A stretch of 64,000 nucleotides of DNA from NCBI GenBank assembly GCA_026936335.1, contig JAPMXV010000008.1, positions 1 to 64,000 of the forward strand, written 5' to 3'. The stretch comes from Mantamonas sphyraenae STR306. Its lineage: Eukaryota > Protista > CRuMs. Positions 50,370 through 60,986 of this stretch are shown here, piece by piece; the first letter of the stretch is position 1; the number at the start of each line of letters is the position of its first letter. The notes under the pieces were generated by a model. The model ran no database searches and was not told the origin of the DNA. It saw nothing but the letters and a program-made list of their open reading frames with translations. Made by a program: the position numbers and the translations under genes.

Positions 50370-53300
50370 TCACACACTGTCCACTCGGTTGTTCACCCGT
50401 CCGCCAAAGTAAACGGTGTCTATGTCGCTCTTGAGCTGTGGGACAAAGGGTGCGTCGGTGCTGCGAATGTGATCCCAATCCACGTCCTCAAAGAACTTGT
50501 GTGCTTGGATCTCACTGAAGAAGGAGTTGCCCAGCCTATCCTCTTGGTCGCAAATGAGTTTGCTGCACAGATCCCATGCCAAGCGGGTCATCACTGGCTT
50601 GCTTCCAAGTTGCGGATGATCCAACACCTCCTCCTCATCCTCCACGACAATGGGCACCTCCAGAGTCGTCCGCCAATTCAGCACATTCTCCCGACACTCC
50701 GATGCCGTGGTTCCTGTAAATGCACAGATGCCCGTCAGCATCTCATAGATGATGCATCCGAGACTCCACCAATCCGAGCTCACGCTGCTTCCCTTGCCCA
50801 ACAACACCTCTGGTGCCATGTAGTTCAATGACCCCACAATTGATGGTGTCTTGCGTCGTGCCTCCTGCACGCGTTCGCTCAGCCTTTGAAATGTTTCTGC
50901 CTGAGCCGCGTTCACCTCCTCCTCCTCCTCTTCCACCACCGAAGTCAACGTGCTGCTGCGATCGGTGGTCTGTGAACGTGGTCGTGCCACAGGCGACCTT
51001 GCATCTCCACTGCTGTCGCCGCTGCTCCAGTACATGGGCGACCGTGTGGGCTGGTCCTGCGAACTGGTGCGCCCCGGTGCGTCCAATCCGCCACCACCTC
51101 CACCCTCCCCGTGATGATCATGTCCAGCCCCGTCGTTGGTTCCTGTGCCCTGCGCCGCCTCGCCATTGGCTGCTACGTCCAACTGCTTTGCTGTCGGCAT
51201 GCGTGGCGCCGATTGAGCGCGTGCACGCTTTCCGTACCCAAACATAGGACCAGACGACGACGACGACGACGACTGTCCTTCTGTGTTGTTGCTACTGTTC
51301 TTGTCCTGCATGCCACTTCCGTTGGCTGCTGTGCTCAGGGTGGTGTCCTGCAACTCAAAGTCGTCCACGAGGGAAGTCGTGCGTGCCAGCCCTGTATGAG
51401 GCGAGGTAAGATTGGCAGTGGTGCGTTCCAGTTCGCTCACACCTGGTTTCGACAGACCAAAGTCCACCAGCTTGATGTGACCTTTGCGGTCGATGAGGAA
51501 GTTTTCTGGTTTCAGGTCGCGGTGGATGTAGCCGAGTTCGTGGAGGTCGTTGACCGCCACAAGCATCTCTGTGGCATACTGGCGGGCGATGCTCTGGTGC
51601 AGCAGGCCCACATTGTTGAGCAAGGCACGAAAGTCACCGCCTGGCACAAACTCCATGGCCAGATAGAGGTACTGACGATCGGAGAAGGTGTACACAAGTG
51701 TGGCAATCCACGGACTCTCTGACGCAAGCACCAGCACATCCCTTTCGGTGGTCAAGTTGGTCACTTGGTTCTTGTACAGCATGTGTGTCTTTTGGATGCG
51801 CTTCAAAGCCACAACCTCGCCCGTCTCCCGTTCGCGGGCAAGGTACACCTCGCCAAATCCGCCCACGCCAATCAGTTCCAGGATCTCAAAGTTGTTCACA
51901 CTCATGTTGCGAGAACGGCGTGTGATGTCGCTATACTTGTCGAAACGGTGCATGTCCCTGCTGTACCGCACGCTGCTTTTGCGTCGCCTGTCCCTGCGCT
52001 TCAACTCCTCCACGGGCGACTTGAGCTGCAGATCCAGACGAGGAACACGTGGGGGTGGTGAGGAGGAGGAGGAGGAGGAAGATGATGACGAGGACGATGA
52101 CGAGGTGTCCACTGCTGCGGGATCGGAACGATGCCCGTCATCCACAGCGTCTCCGTTATCATCCCCATGATTGCGTGCAGTGTACCCTTGGCTACTGGTA
52201 CTTCTTGGTGTCGATGACATGTCGCCTTCACTCTCGAAACTGCTGCCCGGACGACTGGTCCTGGGCGAGTCGGCAGGCGAGTCGGATGGGCTTGTGCTCC
52301 ACATGCCCGAGGCACCCAAGAGATTGCGCTTGAGTTTGGGTGCTGCATACACACGCACCTCACCACGCTCCGAGTCGTCGTCGTCGTCGTTGTCGCCGTG
52401 GGTGTTGCCTTCGAGATCGCCCATTCTGTGTGAAAGAGTGTCCAGGGATGCACGTCGTCCGGCAAAGAAGGCTGCCCCAGTGGCAGAGGCATCGGCTGTG
52501 GTGCCATGGATGCCACCACTGGTGGCACTGCTGCCTGTGCTGCCACTGCTCCCTGTGCTCCCTGTGCTGCCCACGCTGTCCAATTGCTGCATGGTCCCGT
52601 GGCCGTGTTCAATGCGTTCCAACTCCACTCCATCAAAGTTTCCTGCCTGGAGCATATCCAGGAGGTCGCTGGTGCTGTCTGAGCTGCCCGTGTGGTGTGC
52701 GTCCAGGAAGGAGAGCATCTCCTTGCACTGCGACACTCCACGCACCGCCAGCACGTGCTGGATCCACGACTGAAGCAACACCCTGCGTTCCTCCAGAAAG
52801 TCCCGTTCCAGGTTGCCCGTCAGTTTCTTGGGTGGGAAGTAAATGCCCGTCAGCGTAAACTTCTTTTCCAGCTGGGTGCGCAGGTTGAGGAACTCTCGGT
52901 ACCGCCGCACCACCTCCCACGAGTTGTGGCCATTGTCCACAAAGATGATGTACAGAGCGTAGGAGTGGAACAGATCGGGGGAGATGTAGCTTGTTGTGAT
53001 GGCCACTTGGAACGGGAAGGGCTGGTCAAAGTCGTAGTCTGGCTGCACGAGCTCCTCCTCCTCCTCCTCCTCCTGCTCCCTTTTGGCCACATCTGCATCC
53101 TCCCCCTCGTGTGTGTCGTCTGAATCAGGCACCACAGCACCTAACGAGTCCCACATGCCTCGCAGTGTGGTCAGGATTGTGTCGGTGTAGCTGTGGAAAG
53201 GGGCGTCGGCGTCAGAGCTCAAATGGCAAACTCCACGCGCAGGCTCCAAACATGGGCGACCACACACAAAAGGCAACCAGACAGCAATGGGGGCAACATA

Positions 53301-53915
53301 CTCTGACTCTACGGGAGGCGTGTCTGTGTCTTGCACTGCATGTGTGCTTGTGGCTTCCTGGCTGGACGCATCGACAGGAGGGCTGTGAACATCGGCCAGG
53401 TCTTCACTGGTGCTGTGTGAGTAGGGCGCCTTCCGGGGCCCCTTTTTCAGCGGATGGTCGATGGAACCGCCACCCGACTCCAATCCCTGGTCCAAGCCTT
53501 GGGAGTGGGTGTGTTGGTGTGGTCCGTTTGCGTGTGGTTGTCCTTGTTGCGAGTCTGTGTCTGTTTCGTTGCTGGGTTCGTCGTCGCTTTCCCAAAGCGA
53601 GCTGAAGAAGTTGGCCACCTCGGACACCAGTGTTTCCTCCTCCAGGGGCTGTCCGGGGTCCAGCTGTCCATTGGTTTGGCCACCACCTCCTATGCTGTGT
53701 GTGGTGGTGGTGGTGGCCCCGTCCTGGCCTGGACTGCTTCCTCCTGCCTGTCCCTGTCGAGGACTGGACAGGGCGACGGGTGAAAACGCAGAGCCAGGAC
53801 GACTGGTGTCGCCCAAACGGGCAGGGCTGCTGTTGCTACTCTGGTTGCTGCCACTGCTGCTACTCCTGTGGCTCACAGTGGGTGAGGCCTCTTCAGGAGA
53901 CTCGTCGTCGTCCAT
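50370..53915 (-). CDS. AGC Ser/Thr kinase, NDR/Dbf2-like, with N-terminal PX domain. Probable in-frame intron 53191-53301
   Basis: PX motifs VVRRYREF...FPPKKL...LEERRVLLQ. Kinase motifs GVGGFGEV, VALK, MEFVPGGDFRALL, HRDLKPEN, DFG, a long insert, then SIVGSLNYMAPE. Confidence 0.9.
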   Translation of the reverse strand: MDDDESPEEASPTVSHRSSSSGSNQSSNSSPARLGDTSRPGSAFSPVALSSPRQGQAGGSSPGQDGATTTTTHSIGGGGQTNGQLDPGQPLEEETLVSEVANFFSSLWESDDEPSNETDTDSQQGQPHANGPHQHTHSQGLDQGLESGGGSIDHPLKKGPRKAPYSHSTSEDLADVHSPPVDASSQEATSTHAVQDTDTPPVESEYVAPIAVWLPFVCGRPCLEPARGVCHLSSDADAPFHSYTDTILTTLRGMWDSLGAVVPDSDDTHEGEDADVAKREQEEEEEEELVQPDYDFDQPFPFQVAITTSYISPDLFHSYALYIIFVDNGHNSWEVVRRYREFLNLRTQLEKKFTLTGIYFPPKKLTGNLERDFLEERRVLLQSWIQHVLAVRGVSQCKEMLSFLDAHHTGSSDSTSDLLDMLQAGNFDGVELERIEHGHGTMQQLDSVGSTGSTGSSGSTGSSATSGGIHGTTADASATGAAFFAGRRASLDTLSHRMGDLEGNTHGDNDDDDDSERGEVRVYAAPKLKRNLLGASGMWSTSPSDSPADSPRTSRPGSSFESEGDMSSTPRSTSSQGYTARNHGDDNGDAVDDGHRSDPAAVDTSSSSSSSSSSSSSSSPPPRVPRLDLQLKSPVEELKRRDRRRKSSVRYSRDMHRFDKYSDITRRSRNMSVNNFEILELIGVGGFGEVYLARERETGEVVALKRIQKTHMLYKNQVTNLTTERDVLVLASESPWIATLVYTFSDRQYLYLAMEFVPGGDFRALLNNVGLLHQSIARQYATEMLVAVNDLHELGYIHRDLKPENFLIDRKGHIKLVDFGLSKPGVSELERTTANLTSPHTGLARTTSLVDDFELQDTTLSTAANGSGMQDKNSSNNTEGQSSSSSSSGPMFGYGKRARAQSAPRMPTAKQLDVAANGEAAQGTGTNDGAGHDHHGEGGGGGGLDAPGRTSSQDQPTRSPMYWSSGDSSGDARSPVARPRSQTTDRSSTLTSVVEEEEEEVNAAQAETFQRLSERVQEARRKTPSIVGSLNYMAPEVLLGKGSSVSSDWWSLGCIIYEMLTGICAFTGTTASECRENVLNWRTTLEVPIVVEDEEEVLDHPQLGSKPVMTRLAWDLCSKLICDQEDRLGNSFFSEIQAHKFFEDVDWDHIRSTDAPFVPQLKSDIDTVYFGGRVNNRVDSV

Positions 53916-54013
53916 CAGGAGGGCCAGGGGGGGTCGGAAGGGGGGGGAAAGCGGGGTCGAAAGTGTGGCTGCGGCCCCGCTCGCACACAACTCAACGAGT
54001 CAGAAGAACCAAA

Positions 54014-54472
54014 ATGGCATCGTCGATGACGAGTGGAATGATGATGGCAACAGTGTTGCTGAGTGCATGCGTGCTGTTGAGCATGTGTGGGAGGGCAGAG
54101 GCGGCGGGAAAGGAGAGCAAGCGGTTCTGGGTGAACCCCGGGCCGCAAGGGTCTGAATCGCTGTCTGTGGGGGATAAGACGTGTGTATTTGGTTACCAGG
54201 TGGTGGGTGGTACCAATGAGGAGTGGGTCATGGAAGCAGAGGCAAACGCAGACGGAACGGTGACGTGTTCCGCAGGCCGACCGCGCACAAGCTACCTCAT
54301 GTTCCTCTCCTTTGAGGCAGCCGTGGAAGGAAGCACCTCGCTGAGCCAGGCCAATGTCTACGACGTCAGTGGAAGTCTGCTGCGAGACGATGCCTTTGTG
54401 GTGGACGGGAACAAGCTGACCAACAGTGGGGGGTGGCAAGGCACCATCGCTGGCATCCAGTGGCAAGGCTGA
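54014..54472 (+). CDS. MYDGF: Myeloid-derived growth factor (UPF0556) homolog
   Basis: Signal peptide, and TCVFGYQVVGGTNEEWVM...CSAGRPRTSYLMF matching the family motif C.F.Y...GGTNE.W.M...C...RP..SYL.F. Confidence 0.85.
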   Translation: MASSMTSGMMMATVLLSACVLLSMCGRAEAAGKESKRFWVNPGPQGSESLSVGDKTCVFGYQVVGGTNEEWVMEAEANADGTVTCSAGRPRTSYLMFLSFEAAVEGSTSLSQANVYDVSGSLLRDDAFVVDGNKLTNSGGWQGTIAGIQWQG

Positions 54473-54622
54473 GCTGTGCTGTGATGAGTGGGTGGGAGGA
54501 TGACGGGAATGGGTGGTGGCAACAAAGCCATGCAATCAATAATGCAAAGGTGTGTTCCCCTCACATGTGTGCTCAAATGTAGAAACACGCGGCAGTGAGC
54601 CCAGGTGGGGCCAAAGGGAAGG

Positions 54623-55798
54623 ATGACGTCTGCGGTTCGCGAGTCCGCCGAATTCATTGCGGAACATGCACGGGATGTACGTGTGAACAAAGAGGCGGTG
54701 GAAAGAGCTGCAGACACATTGGCACCGCCGTTTGCAGAGGGCCACTTTGATCCGACGAGGTGGGGCAGAGAGACGCTGCATCCAAGCACACGAGATGAGT
54801 CGACGCTGGAATGGATCTTTGTGCTGGACACGCTCAACTTCTCGTTCTTCCAGGGCCCTGAGGACAAGGAGGCATTCACCGTGGAGTACAAGGGCACACG
54901 GTACACAGGGTACTGGTCACTGTGTGCGGTGTTGAACAGAGCACTGGACAACGGTGTCCCCCTGACGGACGCCTCCTTCTACAGCTGCATGAGCCTGGAG
55001 CAGCTGGAGGAGGTGTTTGCATCAGACAGTGAGGGACAAGCATCACAGTTGGAACGCCGTCTGGCACATCTGCACGAGGTGGGTGGCATCCTGTGTGCTG
55101 AGTATGGCGGTTCGTTTCGTGGGTTTCTGCAGGCGCAAGAGACCCCACACAGCGCGGCTGCGTTGGTGGAAGCCATTGTCACGACATTCCCCTGCTTTAA
55201 TGACACCGCAGAGTGGAAGGGGGACAATGGGGAATGGAGAGAGGTGAGCTTCCACAAGAGGGCGCAGATCCTGGTGGCGGACCTGTGGGCAGCGTTCCAG
55301 GGATGGGAGTACGGGTCGTTTGACGACATCGATGCATTGACGATGTTTGCAGACTATCGTGTGCCACAGATGCTGTGTCATCTGGGCATGTTGGAGTATT
55401 CGGAGGAGTTGCAGGAGCAGTTGAAGGGAGGGGACGGGGAGGACGACGGGGCTGCATTGCCCATGGGCAGCAGGGCCGAGTGTGAGATCCGAGGGTGTTC
55501 CATCTGGTCTGTGGAACTGTTGGTGAAGGCATTGCATAGCCGTGTGGACAATGAGGGCGTGGGTGGTGAGACAGTGGAGGAGGAGGAGGAGGAGGGAGGT
55601 AGGAGGACGATGGGTGAGGAGGAGGCAGAAGCATGGCGCAATGGCAAAGTGGACATGGAATACGATGACAGGGGACGCAAGCAGACGCATATGCTCAATG
55701 CAGTGTCGGTGGACTTTTACCTTTGGTCCTATGCCAAGGAACATGCTGACGAGATGGAGCATGTGCCCATCCACAAGACACGATCGTGGTTCTACTGA
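54623..55798 (+). CDS. QNG1: Queuosine 5'-phosphate N-glycosylase/hydrolase (DUF2419)
   Basis: WIFVLDTLNFSF, YTGYWSLCA, FHKRAQILVADLW, LTMFADYRVPQ, ECEIRGCSI, DFYLW, PIHKTRSWFY. Confidence 0.95.
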   Translation: MTSAVRESAEFIAEHARDVRVNKEAVERAADTLAPPFAEGHFDPTRWGRETLHPSTRDESTLEWIFVLDTLNFSFFQGPEDKEAFTVEYKGTRYTGYWSLCAVLNRALDNGVPLTDASFYSCMSLEQLEEVFASDSEGQASQLERRLAHLHEVGGILCAEYGGSFRGFLQAQETPHSAAALVEAIVTTFPCFNDTAEWKGDNGEWREVSFHKRAQILVADLWAAFQGWEYGSFDDIDALTMFADYRVPQMLCHLGMLEYSEELQEQLKGGDGEDDGAALPMGSRAECEIRGCSIWSVELLVKALHSRVDNEGVGGETVEEEEEEGGRRTMGEEEAEAWRNGKVDMEYDDRGRKQTHMLNAVSVDFYLWSYAKEHADEMEHVPIHKTRSWFY

Positions 55799-55807
55799 CA
55801 GACCACT

Positions 55808-55832
55808 GTGTGTGTGTGTGTGTGTGTGTGTG
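55808..55832. repeat. (GT)n microsatellite (another at 36980-37009)
   Basis: Direct reading. Confidence 0.95.
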
Positions 55833-55877
55833 CGTGGATCTGGCCAACAAAACAACACACAGAACCCCACACTCTCC

Positions 55878-57693
55878 ATGTTTGCTTTTGCTCCCAAGTC
55901 CACACGAGCTGGTGTTGCTGCACGCGGTGCCATTGTCCACCGTCGAGCAATGCACACACGTCCCAGCGCTCTTCTTCATGCCATGCCCACCTCGGCCGAA
56001 GGGAGCGGCGGCGGGATGCCCGTCTCCAGCGGCGGCTCTTCTGGTGGCGAACCACAGGGGCACCAGACCACATCCATCCTGTTTAGCATCGACGGCAGCC
56101 GTGCAGGTGCTCTGGCAGACACGTTGGATGTCTTTCAGGTGGGTTGACACTCGGTTTTCCGTGCTGAGCAAAGGCCGAGAACATTCGTCATGGCTTCCGT
56201 TTGGCGTGAAATCGTGAGAACATTTTTGTGTGTGCAGCTGACACACAAGCTCTCCCTTTGCACATGGTCTTGTGTTGCCGTCCTCACAATGCCACAGCGC
56301 CATGGCATCAACATGACCAAGCTGGAGTCTCGTCCATCCCGCAATTCGAAGGAGGAGTATGAGTTTTATGCCGACGTGGTCGGATCTCCCCGCGACGAAG
56401 CCACAGCCACGTTCCTTCAGGAACTGCGTGCTCACCAGGACATCGGCACCGTGCTTGTGCTGGGCACCCAGCAGGGTAGTGATGGTAGGTGAACCCCATG
56501 GGGGCGCTGTGTGGCCATGGTATGCATGCACAGGCTGGCAACGACGTTTGAAGGGGTGGGGGCTAAGAACGAGAGGGAACTGACACCTCCAGCGGCCGTT
56601 TCATACCCCGATTGCGACCGATGGCGAATGTGTGTGCGTGTGTGTTCCATTGCACCATGGGGCCATGTGTACCACGTGTGCAGTGGTGTGGTTCCCCAGG
56701 ACCAAAACGGATCTGAATGTGTTCAACGGGCGTGTGTTGTCCGCCGGGGCCGATCTGGAATCGGACCACCCGGGGTTCAGTGACCCTGTGTACCGTGAAC
56801 GACGCCAGGTGTTGGCCAAACTGGCCGATGAGTTCCGCACCGGCGATGAGCTGCCCTACATTGACTACGACGACAACGAAAAGGCCACGTGGCGAGCCGT
56901 GTACACAAACCTGATGGAGTTGATCCCCACCCATGCCTGCAACGAATACCAGTATGTGTTGCCCCTTCTGCAACAGAACTGTGGCTATGGACCCGATCAA
57001 CCGCCCCAGCTTCGTGACATCAACCGTTTCCTGAAGGAGTGCACCGGGTTCACCATGCGTCCCGTGTCGGGGCTGCTCTCCTCCAGGGACTTTCTCAACT
57101 CCCTGGCCTTCCGTGTGTTCCAGAGCACACAGTACATCCGCCACCACAGCAAGCCACTGTACACACCCGAACCAGACATTTGCCACGAGTTGATTGGTCA
57201 CGTGCCCCTCTTTGCCGACCCCGAGTTTGCCGAGTTTTCCCAACAGATTGGTCTGGCCTCCCTGGGTGCCTCTGACGATGACATCCAGAAGCTGGCCACA
57301 TGCTATTGGTTCACTGTGGAGTTTGGTCTGTGTCGTCAGGGTGATGAGCTGCGAGCCTACGGTGCAGGCCTGCTGTCGTCCTTTGGTGAGCTGGCGTACT
57401 CTCTCAGTGACGAACCCGAGGTGTTGCCCTTTGATCCCCAGGTGGCTGGTGTCAAGGACTATCCCATCACCACGTACCAACCCACCTACTTTGTTGCAGA
57501 GAGCTTCCGTGACGCAAAGGAAAAGATGATCTCCTTTGCGGCCACCATGAACAGGCCCTTTGAGGTGCGATATGATGCCCTCACCGAGAAGGTCGAGGTC
57601 CTGGACAGCAAGGATCGTCTCGTGGCCCTTGCTCGTTCCCTCCGCAACGATGTCACTCTCCTCCAGAGTGCCCTGGCCAAGTTTTCCTCTTGA
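55878..57693 (+). CDS. PAH: Phenylalanine-4-hydroxylase with ACT domain, introns ~56139-56298 and ~56475-56684
   Basis: ACT motif INMTKLESRPS, then WFPR, DHPGFSD, GLLSSRDFL, QYIRH, PEPDICHELIGHVP, YWFTVEFGL, AYGAGLLSSFGEL. Confidence 0.93.
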
Positions 57694-57759
57694 CGACGAG
57701 TCTGAGTCACTCCACGACGCAACAAAAACCCACGATTCAACCAGTCCTTTTGTCCACAC

Positions 57760-59799
57760 ATGGATCGTCTGCAGGACAGTCCACGCACCCAGTCGTCACG
57801 GGGTGCTCGTGACCTGCATGAATCTCGGACATCGTCCACAGCGACAAACAGAACGCCCAGAGACGAATCTCCAAAACTGCGTCTCGAACGAAACGGTTCG
57901 AGCCCCACTCCAGCTCGCTCGCAGCAGGCCTGGACGGACGGACAGACGGCTGAGAGGAGGAGGAGCAGTGTCGTAAGCATTGCTTTGTCCCCCCTTAAAT
58001 TATTGGACGCCGTGACCCGCCTCGGATTGTCTCCAGGCGCCGACAACGCAACGGAGCATTCTCGCGGACCTTCCAAATCCGGACGAACTCCTTCTTCGCC
58101 GACGCTTCGCCATTCCGAATCGCGCGCCGAGCTGCACACAGCACAAACCACCGATCTTTTGGACACGTTGCGATTGACGGTGCTGCCTGTGGTTCTTCTG
58201 TCGCTGGTGATGCTCTTTCCCGTGGCGGAACCCGGCACGACGGACCACGCCAATCTGCACTTTTTTGCGTGGGGCTGGCTCGGACTTTACTGTGTCATCC
58301 TCTACGCACTGGTGTTTCTCCTCCTTTCCTTGTTGCTGCCCATGCCATCGATGTCCCTGCGGATGTTGACCACAGCAATTGGCACGGCGTGCACAGGGTC
58401 CTTGGTGCTCGGAGTCATGGAGTACACAGGGGACCCCAGCCTGATCCCATGGACCCTCCCGATCTCCATTGTGCTGTGCTGTCCCGTTGTGTTTGGTCTG
58501 TCGCTCTACGAGGCCATCCGGCTGCGCACCATGCTGCAAGAGAGACTGCTCCAGAAGGGAGTCGATCTGGAAACGGCAACCACGGTGGCCATCGAGGTGG
58601 AAGGGCGTGCAGGACATGCCGACACGTATATTGAAGTGTCAGCCCACTCCCTCCTGCAGGCTCCTGTGCGACAGTGGTTCTTCATGATGGCTGTGGGGTC
58701 GGCCATTGTCGTCAACTTTGCCACGTGCATCATATACATGACGGCGTACAATGACGCAGACGAGGACACTCAGATCCTTCTGGGATCCCTCTTTTCGGTG
58801 CTGCTGTACCCTGTGCAGACTGCAGCCATTGTGGTGGGCAACATGGTCGATGCCCAGGACAAGGAGGTGCGCTACTGCATGCAACTCATCAGCAAGTTGT
58901 CCAGCAAGCACACCAGTGCACAGTATGCTGTCAGTGTCAAGTATTTCACCATGTGGGCTGCACGTCTCTTTCAAACCCTGTACTACCGTGCCCTTTTCCT
59001 TCGCCTGAAGTCCTTCCAGGCCTTTGCCACCGTTGTCGGCACAGAAACATGCATCACCCTGTTCCTGTACGTTGTACGCCCCAGCAAATGGTGGTTTGCC
59101 AACGTCGAGTGGCGCCTGCACGAGGTTGTCCGCACGTGCACCCGATCGCGCTGGGTGGAGGAGTTTGTGTTTGGCTTCTCCAAGGAGACGATGCGTGCTC
59201 TCCCAGCGGCCAAGAAGCAGCAGCAAGCAGACAGTGCATACACCATCCAAGTGGTGGGCAGTGTCAGCGAAGAGGGCGACGTTGTTGGGGACAACATGCA
59301 CCTCCGTGACGTGGATGACGACGAGGATGACGACGAGATCGACGACGCCTTTGCTCTCGAGGCGCAACCTCACACAGCACGCACGCAGCAAGAACAGGAG
59401 CAACACAGCCTGGACGTGATGCATCGAAACCACACCTACCACGCAGTGAGGCGGTATTTCGTGTACAGCACCGCGCAGCGTGTGAGCATTCTGGTGTTCT
59501 TCGCCGAGGCACTCATCATGCGCTACACCTACAATGCCCCATTCTTTTCTTTTTCCCAGGCTGCCCTTCCTGAGCACGCCTACCTGCTTGTGCTGCAGTT
59601 TGCCGCCTTGATGGCTGCCATCGAGCTCCTGATCTCCACCGGGCTGTGGCTGCTTTTCCGCAAGGCCTATGGCCTGTGCATGTACCGTGTGGGGGCACGT
59701 GACCTCTCGGACCAGCGTCTGTACATTTTGAGTGTGCTCATGGCAGTCCATGTGGCACAAGACGTGTTGCTGGTGACCACCCAGTTTAGCTTTTCATGA
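57760..59799 (+). CDS. Uncharacterised multi-pass membrane protein (about 10-12 hydrophobic segments)
   Basis: 679-aa ORF with coding-like codon use, repeated ~20-aa hydrophobic stretches and an acidic loop. No motif recognised. Confidence 0.8.
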   Translation: MDRLQDSPRTQSSRGARDLHESRTSSTATNRTPRDESPKLRLERNGSSPTPARSQQAWTDGQTAERRRSSVVSIALSPLKLLDAVTRLGLSPGADNATEHSRGPSKSGRTPSSPTLRHSESRAELHTAQTTDLLDTLRLTVLPVVLLSLVMLFPVAEPGTTDHANLHFFAWGWLGLYCVILYALVFLLLSLLLPMPSMSLRMLTTAIGTACTGSLVLGVMEYTGDPSLIPWTLPISIVLCCPVVFGLSLYEAIRLRTMLQERLLQKGVDLETATTVAIEVEGRAGHADTYIEVSAHSLLQAPVRQWFFMMAVGSAIVVNFATCIIYMTAYNDADEDTQILLGSLFSVLLYPVQTAAIVVGNMVDAQDKEVRYCMQLISKLSSKHTSAQYAVSVKYFTMWAARLFQTLYYRALFLRLKSFQAFATVVGTETCITLFLYVVRPSKWWFANVEWRLHEVVRTCTRSRWVEEFVFGFSKETMRALPAAKKQQQADSAYTIQVVGSVSEEGDVVGDNMHLRDVDDDEDDDEIDDAFALEAQPHTARTQQEQEQHSLDVMHRNHTYHAVRRYFVYSTAQRVSILVFFAEALIMRYTYNAPFFSFSQAALPEHAYLLVLQFAALMAAIELLISTGLWLLFRKAYGLCMYRVGARDLSDQRLYILSVLMAVHVAQDVLLVTTQFSFS

Positions 59800-59801
59800 A
59801 A

Positions 59802-60954
59802 CTACACTCCAATCCATTGCTCCAGCGCAGCCTCTTCCCCCACTCGAGTCTCCACAAGCCCAGTGGCCATCTCCCAGACACGCACAACGCCGCGGGTGTC
59901 GCCCGTGGCCAGCATGCGTCCCGTGGAGGTCCATGCCAGCGTGGTGACACCATTGCCCGCCGGCAGAACAACGGTGGGTGAAGTCTTGTCTTGCAACAGG
60001 TCCCACACGTACACATTGCCATCCATGCAGGCAGCCGCGAGAACCATGGGACGAGCCGGGGACCAGGCAACGTCAAAGACATACTGCGACACAGAGGGTT
60101 CCAGGACCAACAGGGCCTCCTTCTGAAGCATGCTGTAGACACGCACATGATCGGGGGCACACGACGCAAAGAGATGGCGATGGAATGGAGAGCAGTCGAC
60201 GGCGTGCACGGGTCCACTGTGTTTGGCAAAGGTGAAGTTGACGGGAGCAGCACCAAAGCGAAAGACAAAGGCATCGGCATCATCGACAGCCTCCTTCTCG
60301 GCCGCATCGACAGCAGCCACATCGACGGCGCATTTGTACATGTGGCCATTCTCGGCGCCCATCACGTAGACGCTGGCATCCTGGGGCGAGAAGCTGAGGG
60401 CGGTGACACCGACCATGGAGTCTGCAGCGGCTGAGGAGCGTGCACCCTTGGCATTGACACGATGCCCTGTGACAGGGACCACCATGCGGTTGGCCAGACT
60501 CCAGAAGAGCATCTTGCCATCGCCACTGACAGACATGAGGTAGTACTTGCGCTTGCGGGGATCCAACACATACTCGTCGTCAGGAACCCAGGCCACACGG
60601 GTCACAGGTTCCCTGTGGGCCAACTGACCAAAGGCACTCTTGGCCACCAATGGGTCATCCACGGCACTTGTGTCGTAGACAAGCACCTCGCCGTTGAAGG
60701 TGCCCACCAGCAGCAAGGAGGGCTGCACAGGGTGTGCTGCCATGCACATCACACACGAGGGCAGTTCAATCACTGTGTCTGCCTTGTTGGCATTCATGGC
60801 GTATCGTGCTGTGTTCCATGTGGCAATGCTCGACCTGTGTGTGCACCAATCCTGGTGGTCCAGATGGCCATATCCCACTGCCACCGTGGCTCCTGTGCAA
60901 CTCCATGCCACACAACTGCATGCCAATTCCTCCTCCATGCCCATCTCTGACGAT

Positions 60955-60986
<32 letters not shown>

